Origin: Azolla caroliniana
Lineage: Eukaryota > Plantae > Polypodiophyta
NCBI GenBank assembly: GCA_043228905.1
Contig: JBHGNT010000005.1
Location: 20,460,001 to 20,524,000, forward strand
Length of the DNA: 64,000 bases
Direction of reading: 5' to 3'
Positions 22,565 to 35,767 of the stretch are shown here, in pieces. Within the stretch, counting starts at the first letter, position 1; every line of letters starts with the position of its first letter. The notes under the pieces were generated by a model, which saw nothing but the letters and a program-made list of their open reading frames with translations, made no database searches and was not told the DNA's origin. Made by a program: the position numbers and the translations under genes.

Positions 22565-24820
22565 TGTCATAGACATCTATGACATTTTCCACACCACCCT
22601 AGAAGGTAAGGATTGAACCCAAGGCCTCCTAGTCTCCATTGGGCAACCCTACCAACTAAGTGACATCCATCTATGCATCCTTGTATAAAATCCAACTTCA
22701 TGTATTGTAGATTGAACATTGGAAGTTCCTAGCTTGCATGCATCCTAATGCATTCTCCATTCTTAGCTTGCATACATGCATTCTCTATTCCTACCTAGCA
22801 TACATACCTCTACCTTCTTGTATAAATACTCTGTTGCACCTTGATTCTAATCAAGGTGAACAACACCAGTTATGGAATCATAAGTCAAGTTCTTGTTCTT
22901 TCTCTCTCTCCTAGTTCTTAGTCTCGTCTTGGTTCTACTCTATTATACTCGTCCGTGACAGTTTGTTCACCTTCCTCTTCTTACTACCATGTCCGACTCC
23001 GTCGACAACCTAAACCATGTAATGGCAGCCTTGCAACAACTTCAACTTGAAAATGAAATCCTTCTGGAATCATTACGGGAGCTTCAATCCGGCAAATCAA
23101 GACACACACCACCACTGAGCCACAACCGCCATTGGCACCTAGCTCAACCTCTTCCTCTTCCCATCCATTTGTCCTTGAATGAACTGTCTGCCTACCCGAA
23201 AAATTCAACGGCACGAGGGTGTATCTTCGCAACTTCATCAATCAAATTCGGCTTATCATCCGTTTAAACCCCCCATGTCGGCCTCATCGTCATCCTTCTC
23301 TCCGGGCCGACCCAAGCATGGTTCGCAACTTCATCCCGTCCCTTAGAAAACTTCACCGCTTTCCTTGCTAAGCTCAAAGCTACGTTCAGCGAGACAGACC
23401 AGCAACAAACGGCACTCATGAAGCTCTATTCCTTCCAACAAGGCTCACGTCCAACCTCTATCTACACTTCAGAGTTCCGTCAGATTGCCTACAATGTTAG
23501 TTGGGATGACCAAGCCTTATGCGACCATTTTCGTCACGGTCTTCAAAACAATGACAAGACTCTTGTCTTGAACTTTCCGGAGCCGACATCATTGTCTCAA
23601 GTAATCTCCCAAGCTGTCCAATGTGATAATCGTATGTTCGAACTTCGTGAGGAAGAACGTGGGACTGACAAATTTCAGTCCTCCCCCTGAAACGCATCAA
23701 TAGCCAGGCCCTACATCTCAATTTCGCCCCCCATGCCAACCTTACCATCACCCAATGATACTCATACTACGATGGAGGTCAATTCCCATATCCTGATGGA
23801 GATCGACCACGCTCGGTTCCATCCACTAACTGATGCCCAACGCCAACATCGTCATGACAATGGTCTCTATCTCTATTGTGGTAACCCTAGCCATGCCATC
23901 CGTCATTGCTCGGTGCGGGGCCTTCGATGCCAATTCCATTGTGCACGTCTTGTGGAGGTTCCTTGACAATAGGAAAACCACCAAGTCCGGTTGTGGTAGG
24001 AGCCATGCCGCTGGATTGTTCTAGTTACCCACCTTCTCCATGCTCCTACAAATTCGTTCCACCATTAGGAGAGTATTCTTTGCAAGCAAGTCTTTGTTTT
24101 GGGTCGACTTTAATACACTCTCATGCTTTGCTCTACTCCGGAGCATCTACTTGTTTTATCCATATATCGTTTGTTCGCGCACATAATAACCCCACCATTC
24201 ACAGATCACAACCCATATCCATTGACGTGATCAACAATCAGGTTCTCTCTTCAAGGGCGGTTAAAGAAGTCATTATCCCATTAGTAATTCAAGTCAGGCC
24301 CCACCATGCGGTACTAACCTTCTACCTCATTGCAACCCCCCAACATTCGATTGTTTTGGGGCTATCTTGTTTGGAGACACACAATCCGATAGTGGATTGG
24401 TGCAATCGCTCCATCACTTTTCCAGTGCAGCTAATTCCGGTGTCAATACACTCTCTTGCTTCCATTGCGGCCGATTTTGGCTTGGTCACTATAGTAGTCG
24501 TTTTGTCGAGGTACATCTCCATTCCTATCAACAATTTGCATGCACGATATAGCAACTTTTTGGATATATTTGAGAAGCGAAATGCACATCGGTTACCGGT
24601 AAATCTCCCCTACAATTGCCCAATCAAACTCCAAGCCGGCGAGCATCCCCCATTCGGCCCAATCTATGGGCTATCGCAACCCGAACTTGAGGCTCTCCAC
24701 ATATATCTGACTGTCAACCTCGTGAAGGGCTTCATTCAACCCTCCAAATCACCAACCTGGGCCCCAATTTTATTTGTCACGAAGAAGGACATCTCATTAT
24801 GACTATGTGTGGATTATGAT
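22565..24820 (+). mobile_element. Tcn1/Tf1-like chromovirus 5' fragment: 5' LTR 22565-22960, degenerate gag, protease and start of RT
   Basis: LTR TGTCA...TGACA with TATAAATA at 22821. Motifs PEKFNGT, WDDQALCDHF, ALLYSGAST, GLSCLETHNPIVDW, PPFGPIYGLS and GFIQPSKSP..APILFV.KKD. Confidence 0.88.
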
Positions 24821-24917
24821 TGGGAATTCGATCCCTCCGGATGAGAATCAAACGAGCCAAAGGAAAGAACCAAACTAGATAGATCCGGAAACCGAATCGG
24901 ATTGATACGTGTCGTCG

Positions 24918-25307
24918 AAGAAGGGGGATAGTGTCACACTCACATATGACTTGGGTTTACAAGGATTCAAACCCACAACCTTGCTATATACTTGTCGAAT
25001 TCTTAGCCATTGTAATGATACATTTATATGTATAAAGAATTTATAAACTATATAGAATATTATAAAGTATTCTAGAATACTCTATCTTTTAGAATGTTCT
25101 AGAATATTCTAGAGTGCTCTATGGTCTAGAATGTTCTAGAATATTCTAGCATACTCTTTATTCTAGGACTTTCTAGAATACCCTATTAGGACTTATAAAT
25201 ATGCATCTAATAATCAGGAATGGACCAATTTGGTTCAACGCCATTCTAGAGCTCCCTTGTTGTTTACTCATTGTAATCCATCTTATAGTGCAATATATTA
25301 TATTTAC

Positions 25308-25361
<54 letters not shown>

Positions 25362-25448
25362 ACCTCCCTTTCAATCTTGACAATATCGACACGAACTCGC
25401 CTATAATAGAAATGTCATTGAGGTAACTGAGTTTCGGTTAGCGTGACA
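24918..25448 (+). mobile_element. PPT plus 3' LTR (24932-25448) of another gypsy-like element
   Basis: AAGAAGGGGGATAG is immediately followed by TGTCAC...GTGACA. TATAAAT at about 25194 is followed by a (CT)n tract. It is not identical to the LTR at 22565. Confidence 0.75.
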
Positions 25449-26680
25449 ACTAGAGCAAGAACACGACCACTACGAGGACCGACTCAAGGAAATGAGGGCT
25501 CAAATTGAAGCAATGTACGTGCGAAGACCACTTTGCAAAGGACCTGCAGGAGTTTCGAGCACAAAGCGAGATGACCAAATTTTGGATTAAGGCTTTATTA
25601 ACCAAGCATCAGAAACATTTGTACTTGTAGATCGAGGAAGCTTTGTTGCACGGATGGAACGCATGGTCGGCAGAAGTGGTCGACTTACAAATATTCTGAG
25701 CAAATCATGAGAACCACAATGAGGGTCGAGGATTTTACATGGTGGATGAGAACAACATCCAACTGCTCCGAGAAGACCTCCCCGAGGAATTCTCCTTCCT
25801 CACCTAGACACACTATGAGGAAGTCAAGAAATGCCTCCAGGACTTCGAAGACAAGTAGTTGCAACTCGCCCTCGACTTAGAGCGTTACAAACGGGAGCGA
25901 CTCCAAGCTAAGACCAAAATCGATGCCCCAACAAACGGAGAAGAAGAAGCCCCCCGAGGAAGCCCGATTGAACAGGTGCCAACACTAGGTAACAAGCCGA
26001 TATGGAAGGAGCAGGATTAAGGAGACTTTGTTGGTCAACACACCAACGTGGTCAATGCATTGAATGAACCATCCCCCTAGACCACAACGAAGGAAATGCT
26101 AGTGGAGAAACCAATGACCGAGGAGCAAGAAACACAGCCTGACCACTTCGCCAAATTCGTTGACAAAGCAGATGACTCACTGCAGTCGGCGAGCATTTTG
26201 CACATTCTGGAAGAAGAATAATGTATATTACCCATTCCCGATTTTTTTATTGTCGACTTTTTTTTATTCTTTTTTGAATTGGTTTCGACGTGCAAGGCAC
26301 TGTCCCATGGGTGTACTAGTTGTTACCCGGTGGGTCAAGTGTGACAATATGTGAAACGAATCAAAGGGATTCGAGCACTCGTAACCGAACAAAGGGAGCT
26401 GAATATTAAGGAAGGAACGGTTGGAAAGCACGAAGCATAAGGGGACTATATATATATCGGGTATTAGCGAACACAAAAAGGGGGGGGAAGGGAGGACTAG
26501 GACAGGAATAGAATAATAGAGAGTGAGTGAGTGTTTTACCGATAATTTTCGGTACTAGTATTTGTGTGCACACATTTCTAATTAAATATACTTTGTGGGT
26601 AACTTTAGTGTGTTGTCCCTTTTTATACTAATATATACATATATATAGATGTTTGTTTGTATCAAAGGATCGGTTGTGGC
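25449..26680 (+). mobile_element. Degenerate third member of the tRNA-motif LTR group (decayed coiled-coil/acidic ORF, motif 26279-26318, LTR from 26321)
   Basis: CGACGTGCAAGGCACTGTCCCATGGGTGTACTA-GT-TGTTACCC aligns with the reverse complement of 8692-8740. The right boundary is uncertain. Confidence 0.6.
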
Positions 26681-26688
26681 CGATCCCA

Positions 26689-27666
26689 CTATATCTTTCT
26701 TATTTTAAGGGTCATAATTCCATCCCCGTGGAACAATCTGAATAAACGGCCCAAAGCACTGGGAAGTTCATATACCCCCTTAGCAACTCGGCCAACAATC
26801 TCGGTGGGATGCTGAGACCTCAGCTCTCCTTCGCACCACAATACCTTGACCTGATTACTCAAGAAGGGTAATCGAAGGTGTTTTCTCCAGGAGGGAGTAA
26901 CATACCTATGCACATACCTTTCAAAAGATTGAAACTTCGAGCCACCGTATGATCTTCTAAGTTTAGTAAACCAGCACCCCTTAACCGTTTTGGGGTACAA
27001 ATATTGTTCCATGATACCCAACTCATACCAAGGTTTGTTTCTTTCTTCCATAGTGTATATTTTAGTGAATGAGCTAAATGATCAAGTGATTTCGTTCTTC
27101 ACGGTAACAATGGCAAAAAATAAGAAATCATTAGAATCATTATAGCTTGTACCACTATGAGACTAGTACTAAATGGCATGCTAGAGACTTCCAATACATA
27201 AATTTGTCCAAAATGGTTCCCGATATCCAATTCATACTTTGCAATGATGACATATCAACACCTATAGGGTAACCTAAGTGCCGACACACATTCCCTTGAT
27301 CTAATATTTGGCCACTCCATCTAAGATCCACCAAATCACTCTAAGTGCATCTAATGAGCATCGACTTCCGCATATTTATATATGTAATCCTGACGCCAAT
27401 GGGAACACATTCCACACCTCAATGGCTTTAGCTATATTATCAAGTGCCGCTTTGAGAAATAAAAACGAATCATCAGCCAATGCTTGAGCGATAAATTGTT
27501 TCCCTGATGGTAGAGCTAATCCAACTATTTCACCACATGTTGCCGACTCATGCATCTTCACCAAAATCGGGTGTGTAGCAATTGCAAATGATAATGGACT
27601 CAATGGCCATCCTTGTCTAAGTGATCTTTTCAATGGTATTGCCTTAATAACTCCACCATTTAACAT
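26689..27666 (-). mobile_element. LINE (L1/Tx1-like) reverse transcriptase fragment
   Basis: RSLRQGWPLSPLSFAIATHPIL and QALADDSFLFL match the non-LTR RT QGxPLSP and (F/Y)ADD motifs. Confidence 0.8.
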
Positions 27667-29015
27667 AATGTGTGACTATCTCTCTCTCCCTCTCTCTCTC
27701 TCTCTCTCCCTCTCTCTCTCTAGCAAACCACAAAACAAAATCAATGGTATGTAAAAGAAAAACCACCCTGGCTATAATATTGTTGCCCTCCCCATGTAAA
27801 TAGAGGGACATTCTCCATTCCCTTCAAAAAGTTAAATGGCCACATGGTATAATATATCGTCAAATGATCTAGCATCAACATAAGTGTGCCTTTCAACCTT
27901 CAAATATATACATTTACACTATGTCTACCATAATAAATGTAACACAATTTCTTCTTAGGTCCATTTTACATGTATTGGCCAAAGACCCATTGCCTAGGCA
28001 TCAGATACAGAATTCCATATTTCCAATAAATATTCCCAAATAGCATGTGTAGTAGGACATTGAGTAAATCAACGCATATTTGTAATTACGATTGACAATC
28101 ATTTGGCAAATCTATTAATGTCTCTTTCTCCCCATTTTTCTTAGGTAATCTCTCTTTCTCTTCAAAGTACTTTTATCATGTGAGATGGAGACATAAATTG
28201 GAAATGAAATGTGCGGCTTGCTTCTCTCTCTATCTCCCTCCTTGTGATTATCTCTCATCAAAATTATTTTATTGTGTCAAATGTGCAATATCATGGATGC
28301 ACCCACACTTAATTGAAAATTAATGTGGGCCTTGGTTGGATACTAAATTGAGTGTGATGTTTGGCTGGGTTTTAAGGAAATATATCTTTGTCACTTTGGA
28401 GTCACAAACAATATGATCATGAGACCAAAATGGGACAAATTTGCCAAGAATATTCAATTGCAATGCTATTTATTGCGCTAACATAAACCCTCAAATATTG
28501 GGATAGGTACATAAAAAATTTGAGACCTACCTAAATTTACATCTTCTCATTCCCTACATTTTATGTGTGTAGTTATCGAACCTAGTGTAGCTATCGAGAC
28601 ACATTCTCTAAAACCATAAAAGAACTTAAATATACATATTTGGTTATGTTGAGCAAGTTTGTGACCCTAAATTAGTCCACAGATTCATAGATACGGAGAT
28701 GAAAAGCAATATGTACACAAGATTTATATTGGAAACACCATATGATGCAAGTGTACATTTATTGAAGATGTTAATAGAGGGTCAAAAAAGATATCCAATG
28801 ACAAATCAGTAGATTCAAGTTTAATGACAAATGAGCTTGTGAAATGGACAAGCCACAAATGCACCAACAAATAGTAACCATTAAAGGTTGTCTCAAGATT
28901 TGGATTAAACCAACCCATAAAAAGCTATATAAGTTTGGTGTATTGATAAATTTGGCTACATAAGAATGATTATATAAGCAAGTTGACTTCAAAGGAAAAC
29001 ATTTTATTGTTGTTT

Positions 29016-29543
29016 TGTGACCATCAAGAAACCCTTCCTTTTACGCAATGTCAAGAAGTGACATTTGGAAAAGAGTGAAAGAGTGGGACACCATTCGAGT
29101 ATAGAGCGGATGTAGCATGACTACATGATCACGTTAGATGTGAATTGAAAATAGATAACATGGTTTCTAGAAGCATTTCTTGAACATGGATGTGACCATC
29201 AAGAAACCCTTCCTTTCACACAATGTCAAGAAGTGATATTTGGAAAAGAGTGAAAGAGTGGGACACCATTTGAGTATAGAGTAGATGTAGCATGACTACA
29301 TGATCAAGTTAGATGTGAATTGAAAACAGATAACATGGTTTCTAGAAGCATTTCTTGAACATGGATGTGACCATGAAGAAACCCTTTCTTTCACACAATG
29401 TCAAGAAGTGACATTTGGAAAAGAGTGAAAAAGTGGGACACCATTAGCGTATAGAGCAGATGTAGCATGACTACATGATCAAGTTAGATGTGAATTGAAA
29501 ATAGATAACATGGTTTCTAGAAGCATTTCATGAACATGGATGT
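29016..29543. repeat. Tandem triplication, 3 x 175 bp, within a decayed RTE-like LINE RT fragment
   Basis: TGTGACCAT(C/G)AAGAAACCC starts at 29016, 29191 and 29366. The flanks resemble CCFVD-F-KAF and G-PLSPTLFGVCID. Confidence 0.85.
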
Positions 29544-30154
29544 TTAGAAACGGTGTCTACCCTCTCCCACACTCTTTGGTGTATGCATTGATAAGCGGTA
29601 GGAAATAATAAAGAAGGGTACAAAAGAAAAAAGATCATAGGGCCCAAAACTAGCTTCATTATGCAATGGTTTGAAAGATGGCCAATAAAGATTTCTTGGA
29701 TCTCTCAAACGATGCTACGAAGTATGTGATCATTGAGGATAAATTACTGAAGGCACGACAGGTGAAGCAACAAATGTTAACCATTAATGTCAACCCAAAT
29801 ACAACGTATCCACATTTGACCATTTGCATGAATGCGCCTTGGCACTCTGAGAGCCCATACACTTCGTTGAACTTGCTCACACAAGTCAATTGTCGACATA
29901 GCATAATAGCATGATCATCAAGTTATAGGTATGAAGAGATGCAAGGTTAGTACTAGAGGACAAATACCATGACCAACTACAACTAGCATATATATTTTGC
30001 TACCATACATAACATAATGTCACGACAAAGCATGATAATTTTGAGTGCCAAGTAGTACCCGATGCATGAAAGGTACATCATCATAAACTCGATGCACGAA
30101 AACGGAAGTGCCATATACTCGACTGGCTTTGGTCCAACGTGGCAAGGATAGGGT

Positions 30155-30159
<5 letters not shown>

Positions 30160-30217
<58 letters not shown>
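30160..30217. repeat. (GA)n microsatellite, ~29 units
   Basis: Direct reading of the sequence. Confidence 0.97.
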
Positions 30218-30219
<2 letters not shown>

Positions 30220-30429
30220 TAAGAAGTATCTAATAGAGGTGAGAAATTTGGGTTTCGAACCCTAAGACGTTGTACTTGTAGTGTAACAACTTACCACTAG
30301 GTTAAGCTAATTATGAGAGGCAAGGAGAGAGAGTTTACTATGCACAGAGATATGGGGTTTTCGTAAGCCCATTACCTCGTGGTTTCATGTGATCAAGGCA
30401 GGTTGATGTTGTCGATTGATGTGATGAGC

Positions 30430-30800
30430 TAAGGTATTCATTTGGAGAGTTATTGTTGGAGCTTTACCATTGGGGGATGCATTAAAAAAAACAAATATTG
30501 CTAGAGGAACGTGGTTCTTTTGTTCGGTAGAATTAGAACATAGTAGGCATTGATTTCTTTCATGCCTAATGGCTACGATGATTTGGAGGTGTATCAATTT
30601 AGTATAGATGTCTCTAACTGGAGTAAGCCTATTTTCCTTTAGTTGGGTTTTTGCACATATGGAGAACAATGAACCAATGTCTTATTTCCAAATTATTTTT
30701 GAGTGCTTGAGGTATTCGGGGCTATGGTTCATTGGAATATGTGAAGTGCCTTCACATTTGATTTGCAAGTTGGGGTGAGAAAATATGTTGTAAAGTTAAA
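30430..30800 (+). mobile_element. LINE 3' fragment (zf-RVT-like region)
   Basis: IWRVIVGALPLGDAL...FCSVELEHSRH*FLSCLMATMIW fits the C..C...E...H.F..C.....IW pattern. Confidence 0.55.
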
Positions 30801-31484
30801 AGGACTTCTTTTATGGCAATTGACAGTGCTAGTGAAGTCACGAAATTTCAACCATGAAGAGAGAGAACTCTGCAAGGTCAGGTATCATCATATTCGTCAT
30901 TTGAATTGGAGTGTAGGGTGGCATTGAGATTGGAGTCGTGGTAGAGTAGTATTTAGATCCCTCGATAGAATAGTTCTATACTTTGCAATAAGTTAGTCAT
31001 GGTGTTGTTTCTAACTTTCATAATGAAAGCCATTATTTACGAAAAGAATGAGAGTCTTTGGAGTGGATAATACGATGGAAGTACGTAGTACCGAGATGGC
31101 TGTTCCCCCCTTCCATTAGATGATAGAGGGGCGTGAGTGACACGAGAAACATGGAGAACAAACATGTGGGCTATTTAGTGTAAGATAAATAAGTGATCTA
31201 GCCCATACGGAAGTAGGTAATGTCTAAAGTTGTGTATTGTATCTCATTTTAACTAATGGAGTATATTCTTCTTTGGAAAAAAAGGAATGAGAGTCTCTCT
31301 CTCTCTTTCCCATTTTCTGTCCTTTTCTTTTCTTTTAGATAAAAAAAGATAATTTGGACGACCCCGATCGTCTAGGATTCCGGAGACGAGTTCAGGACCG
31401 TCCAAGCTCTAGATTCAGTGTCTTTGTCTATTTAATGTTTCTTGTACACTTGGATAAGTGATCACCAATCAAACCACCCACACC

Positions 31485-34400
31485 ATGGGCCTTGCTGGAC
31501 CTCACTCTGCTCATTCTCCTAGTGCCAAGCCTGCACTCATTGGCTTCCTTGCAGGCTTCTCTGTCTTTGCTGCCCTCATCTTCACCTTCAATAACCTCCA
31601 TGATGAGTCCCCTCTTTTTTCTATCTCCAAGCTCACCCATGGTCCCTGCACTACAAGCATCCCAACAATCACTACAAGTAGCCCAACAATCCCTACAAGT
31701 AGCCCAACAATCTCAGCAGGTGCTGCCTCTACTCTCCTTCTCTTCCATGATTTGTCAATCATAAACAATCTTGGGTTTTTATTTTGCCATGCAAAATTGA
31801 TTGCCATCTTGAAGATTGATTGCCTCTGTTTTTGTTTTTGCCTTTGATTATATACCTCAGGAGGTTGGGAAGAAGAAGGAGACAAAGATCGGGATCGATG
31901 GGAGGTCCTCTTGTCCATGTGGGATGATTTCATAAAGAATGAAACTCATCCTTACCATAGCACATTGTTCCCTAAGCCTCCATACTGGCAGAATTGTAGC
32001 GAGACGGCGGCACACTACAAGGCCCTAGACACGCGCGGTACCGACGGATCTCCTCCGCCCTGGTCTCTATGGAAAGGGAACCTCCATGATGTCGAGGACA
32101 ACACACTACGGAGAAAGTTTGATGATGTCGACCTCGAAGATTCCAACACCACCCCAAGACCACCATGGGTATCAGCTTGTGTACATACATACACATACAT
32201 ACATACATACATACATGCATGCATACAATGTACATATATACAATGTACACCGATTATATGATTGACCCAACATTCTAATGAATTTGTTAATCTTCATGGG
32301 GGTCAGGTAGAAGGCGGAGATGCGGACAACTACCCGTTGACGAGGCGGGTGCAGCAAGATCTTTGGTTGCATCAACACCCCCGGAACTGTAGCGATCCGG
32401 GGCTAAGGTTTATGTGGGTCAGTTGGGAGAATGCGGCTGGCTACGGGCTCGGGGCACGCATCAAGTGCACGTTGGCATACTTTGCCATCGCGATCCGAGA
32501 GAATCGGATCCTCGTAAGTGATTCATTCGGACGGGCAAATCACGCAGGTTGCGAAGGTATAATAAAGATATAACCTTGTCATGAAGTTTTTTACACCCCA
32601 ATCCAATTCCCACATATAGGAGTCATTGATTTGGCCCCTCGGATACCAACACCATTTATTATAACCACGGCCCCGGATCAAAACCTTATGAGAAATATAT
32701 GATTGATCAATGATTATAGAATAGATGCTAGGATTGGACCAAGCATGATGAGACTGGCATCGACGAAAAAATTGTGATATATTAGCTCCTAATGGTCACG
32801 CGCGTGTTTTCTCTAGGGGATCGACGCAACCAATGGGATTGTTATTTCTTGCCGGAGACGTCCAAGGAGTGCAAAATGAGAGCTATGGAACTGAGATCTC
32901 AGCCAGAGGCCGTGGAGAAAGGCATAATCGTAGAAAGATTCAAGTATAACTGGAAGGAGAAGTGGAATGGCCCAATTTCCACGTGAGTCAATGTACCAAT
33001 ATTAGGGCTTTTCTAAATAAATGACCAAGAAAACATGTCATCCAAGTTTTTAAGAATTTGTAGGCTAAATTTAGTCACACACGCCCAAAAAGGGAAAGAT
33101 TATGTCATGTATGTATGTACTAATGTTTGGCCCATACTTAAAATTGACATGGGTCAGTTGTTTTTGGTTAGTACAGTAGGTGGGGGGCTCCATGGGAATA
33201 CATGCAAACCACGGTGGACGTTCATGGCAAGCTCATAGGGCATCCCGCAAGTGATCGGCGTTGGTGGAGAGCTCAGGTCATTAAATCATAAGTCTCTTTC
33301 CTATTGTCCTTCCAGAATTTTTCTAATAATGATGGATTTTTTTATAAAAAGCTCTTAAAACTATGGTTTGCTCAAGAACAATGCGATCTACGCGTGGGCG
33401 GCCTCGCATTTGCATAATTTGGCACTAGGAATTTCTTCTATTTTCTCGAAGTTCTTTTCAATTTGTTTGGCATTACATTTGAATATATAAGAGTGTGTGG
33501 AGTTTCTCTAGCAAGAATTGCCCCCTTGTCATGATGTTTAGCCGGTGTTTGCAACAATCCATGTCCTCGCGTAGTGGTTAGCCTTACTATGCCATCTTTG
33601 ATTGTCACTTGATTCACATGTCATAAGTTAAGCCTTACTTTGCGTAGTAGTTTCTTCTTAAAGTATGTAGTTACCTCACCTTGAACAGCCTTATCCAACC
33701 CTTTAGTTACTCAAATCCTTATTATACTTTTTCTAACACAATACTATTAATAAGTACCTTAATTAGAGTTAAGTATGGAGATTAGTATCACAAAACTCTT
33801 GTTTGGTAACTCATAAATGGGCTTAGGTATAATATTAGCATTGCAATCAATAGCCTTAACCAAAATGGAATACGCCTTGTTACTCATTTTTACTAGTTTT
33901 ATGTCTAAAACTCATAGGCAATTCGATACATGATGCGATTCCCGAGCGAATACACATGTCATCTCATGAATCAAGCTCGACATCAATCTTTTGGACCTAC
34001 TGCTGCTCGAGCCATATCATCAATGTTGCCATCGACTTGGCCCGGGGTATTGTGAATAGACTCTTTCATCTCAACTAGTTTTGTTCCACGTGGAAAACTA
34101 TCTCATGTTAGACAAGAAAAAAAGTTACATCACAAATTGCTAAGCAATATCTATCTCTAAGATTTGGGTAAAAAGTGTTGCTCAGTGACACTAAGAGAGA
34201 GCTGGATTGAGATGCTAACTAGCTAGAAGACTTTTCTAACTCGTTTCTTGAAAATAGATTGCAGCAAACAACACAGAGGGAGACATGGAGAGGATTATTT
34301 GGAGGAGTCGATCACCTTGGATTCCTCGGCCAATGATTAGCATGCATGTGAGGTTAGGTGACAAAGCAAGGGAAATGGAGATGGTCCCATACACAAAATA

Positions 34401-35767
34401 TATGGATTTGGCTTCTCGGATACGTGCCAGCTTCCCCGATGCTATTAACATTTGGTTAGCCACTGAAATGGAGGTATATTCTCTCTCTCTCTCTTTCTCT
34501 CTAGGCTTGGACTTTGCCTCCTTTTTTACACCATTTCACAATTGAATTGTCACAAAATATTGTATGATTAGTTAATGCTCCCATTTCATTGCTATCTTAT
34601 TCGTCATAAATACATTCAATGCATGGTTATATTGACATGGAAGTTTAAGCTCACATCATGCACATAACTAGGTGCCCGCATGCACAATTGGTTGTAGTTT
34701 TTCAAGCTTATCTCTATTGTCTATGCTTGTTTCGTTCCTTGAGTACAATTTTCATTCTAATCAACACAATATTACAACGAATTTCAAACTTGAAGTACCA
34801 AGGATATATTCAAGTAGAACTACAAATATTCATAGTTCAACCATGCATTATCAATTAGGAATATTGGAACTTGCAAATCCAATCTTGTTTTTAGTGAAAA
34901 GAAAGTCAATTCCTATTTTACAAAAGCATGACACATTAACGCACAATATGAAGCATTTTGTTTTTACATCATTCATCAAGTTCTAAACATCGAGACTTAT
35001 TTATATTTCCATCATAACTTATTTATATTTCTAGTTTGAGATGATTCATCATAATGAAAACGAGAATATTGTTCCCTAAGAGGTAATGATCTAATGTTTA
35101 AAAACGCGAAATGTAGAAATTCACTTTACGGAATAAAGGATTAGTGCATGAAAGCAACACCTTGTAAAAGATAGCAATCCAAATTTGGAAAATGAGATAA
35201 AATTCATTTCTAGCTTATCATTGGATGAATTTGTTTGACGTTTATCATTGGTTGCATGAATTTTGTATGAATTCATTTCTCGCAACGGAGGATTAGAAAG
35301 TGATAAGACATTAAAAGGTCACAATAGAAAGAAACCAATGAGATTAAATATTGTTTTGGCTCATCCATAACTTTTTGCAATCTTCTTTTAAAATGAATAT
35401 CTTGATAGACATAAACATTCTTTTTTATTTGGTGAACCATGTAATTACCAATTATTGGTTCTCACATACTAATTTATTGCAACCTAAGGACGTAACCGAG
35501 GAATCAAAGAATCTTAAAGATTGGAATATCTACTACACCAACATAACTAGGCAAAATGGGACAACTAGTATGTTCGAGTATGAAAAAAGCATTGGTCTGG
35601 AGGCTAGCACAAACAATGCATTTGTAAATTTCCTAATGGCTCTCGAGTCAGATTTCTTTATCGGACCATTGGGATCTACATGGAGCCTTCTTCTTGATTG
35701 TATGCGGGCTACAGGTGGAAAGCTTATGTCTGGGTTTTTAAGTGTAAATCGCGACACATTTTGGTAA
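31485..35767 (+). CDS. Host gene: uncharacterised plant alpha-1,6-fucosyltransferase-like (GT23/FUT8-superfamily) type II membrane protein, 8 exons, 560 aa
   Basis: Exons 31485-31719, 31861-32168, 32307-32556, 32817-32982, 33177-33276, 33918-34046, 34258-34473 and 35489-35767. All introns are GT-AG and phase-compatible (1683 nt, no internal stop). N-terminal TM (ALIGFLAGFSVFAALIFTF), S/T/P stem, and motifs NYPLTRRVQQDLWLHQHP, CYFLPETS, RRWWRAQAIRYMMR, SMHVRLGDK, IWLATE and DFFIGPLGSTWS. Confidence 0.92.

Noticed and set aside
22565-25448. Single intact element bounded by LTRs 22565-22960 and 24932-25448
   Set aside because: The two LTRs differ in sequence and length, so a deletion-derived chimera is more likely.
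30250-30306. Possible tRNA gene on the minus strand (TAACCTAGTGG...GGTTCGAAACC)
   Set aside because: A and B boxes are present but I could not build a convincing cloverleaf. It is probably SINE- or LTR-derived, and it could not be assigned to an LTR.
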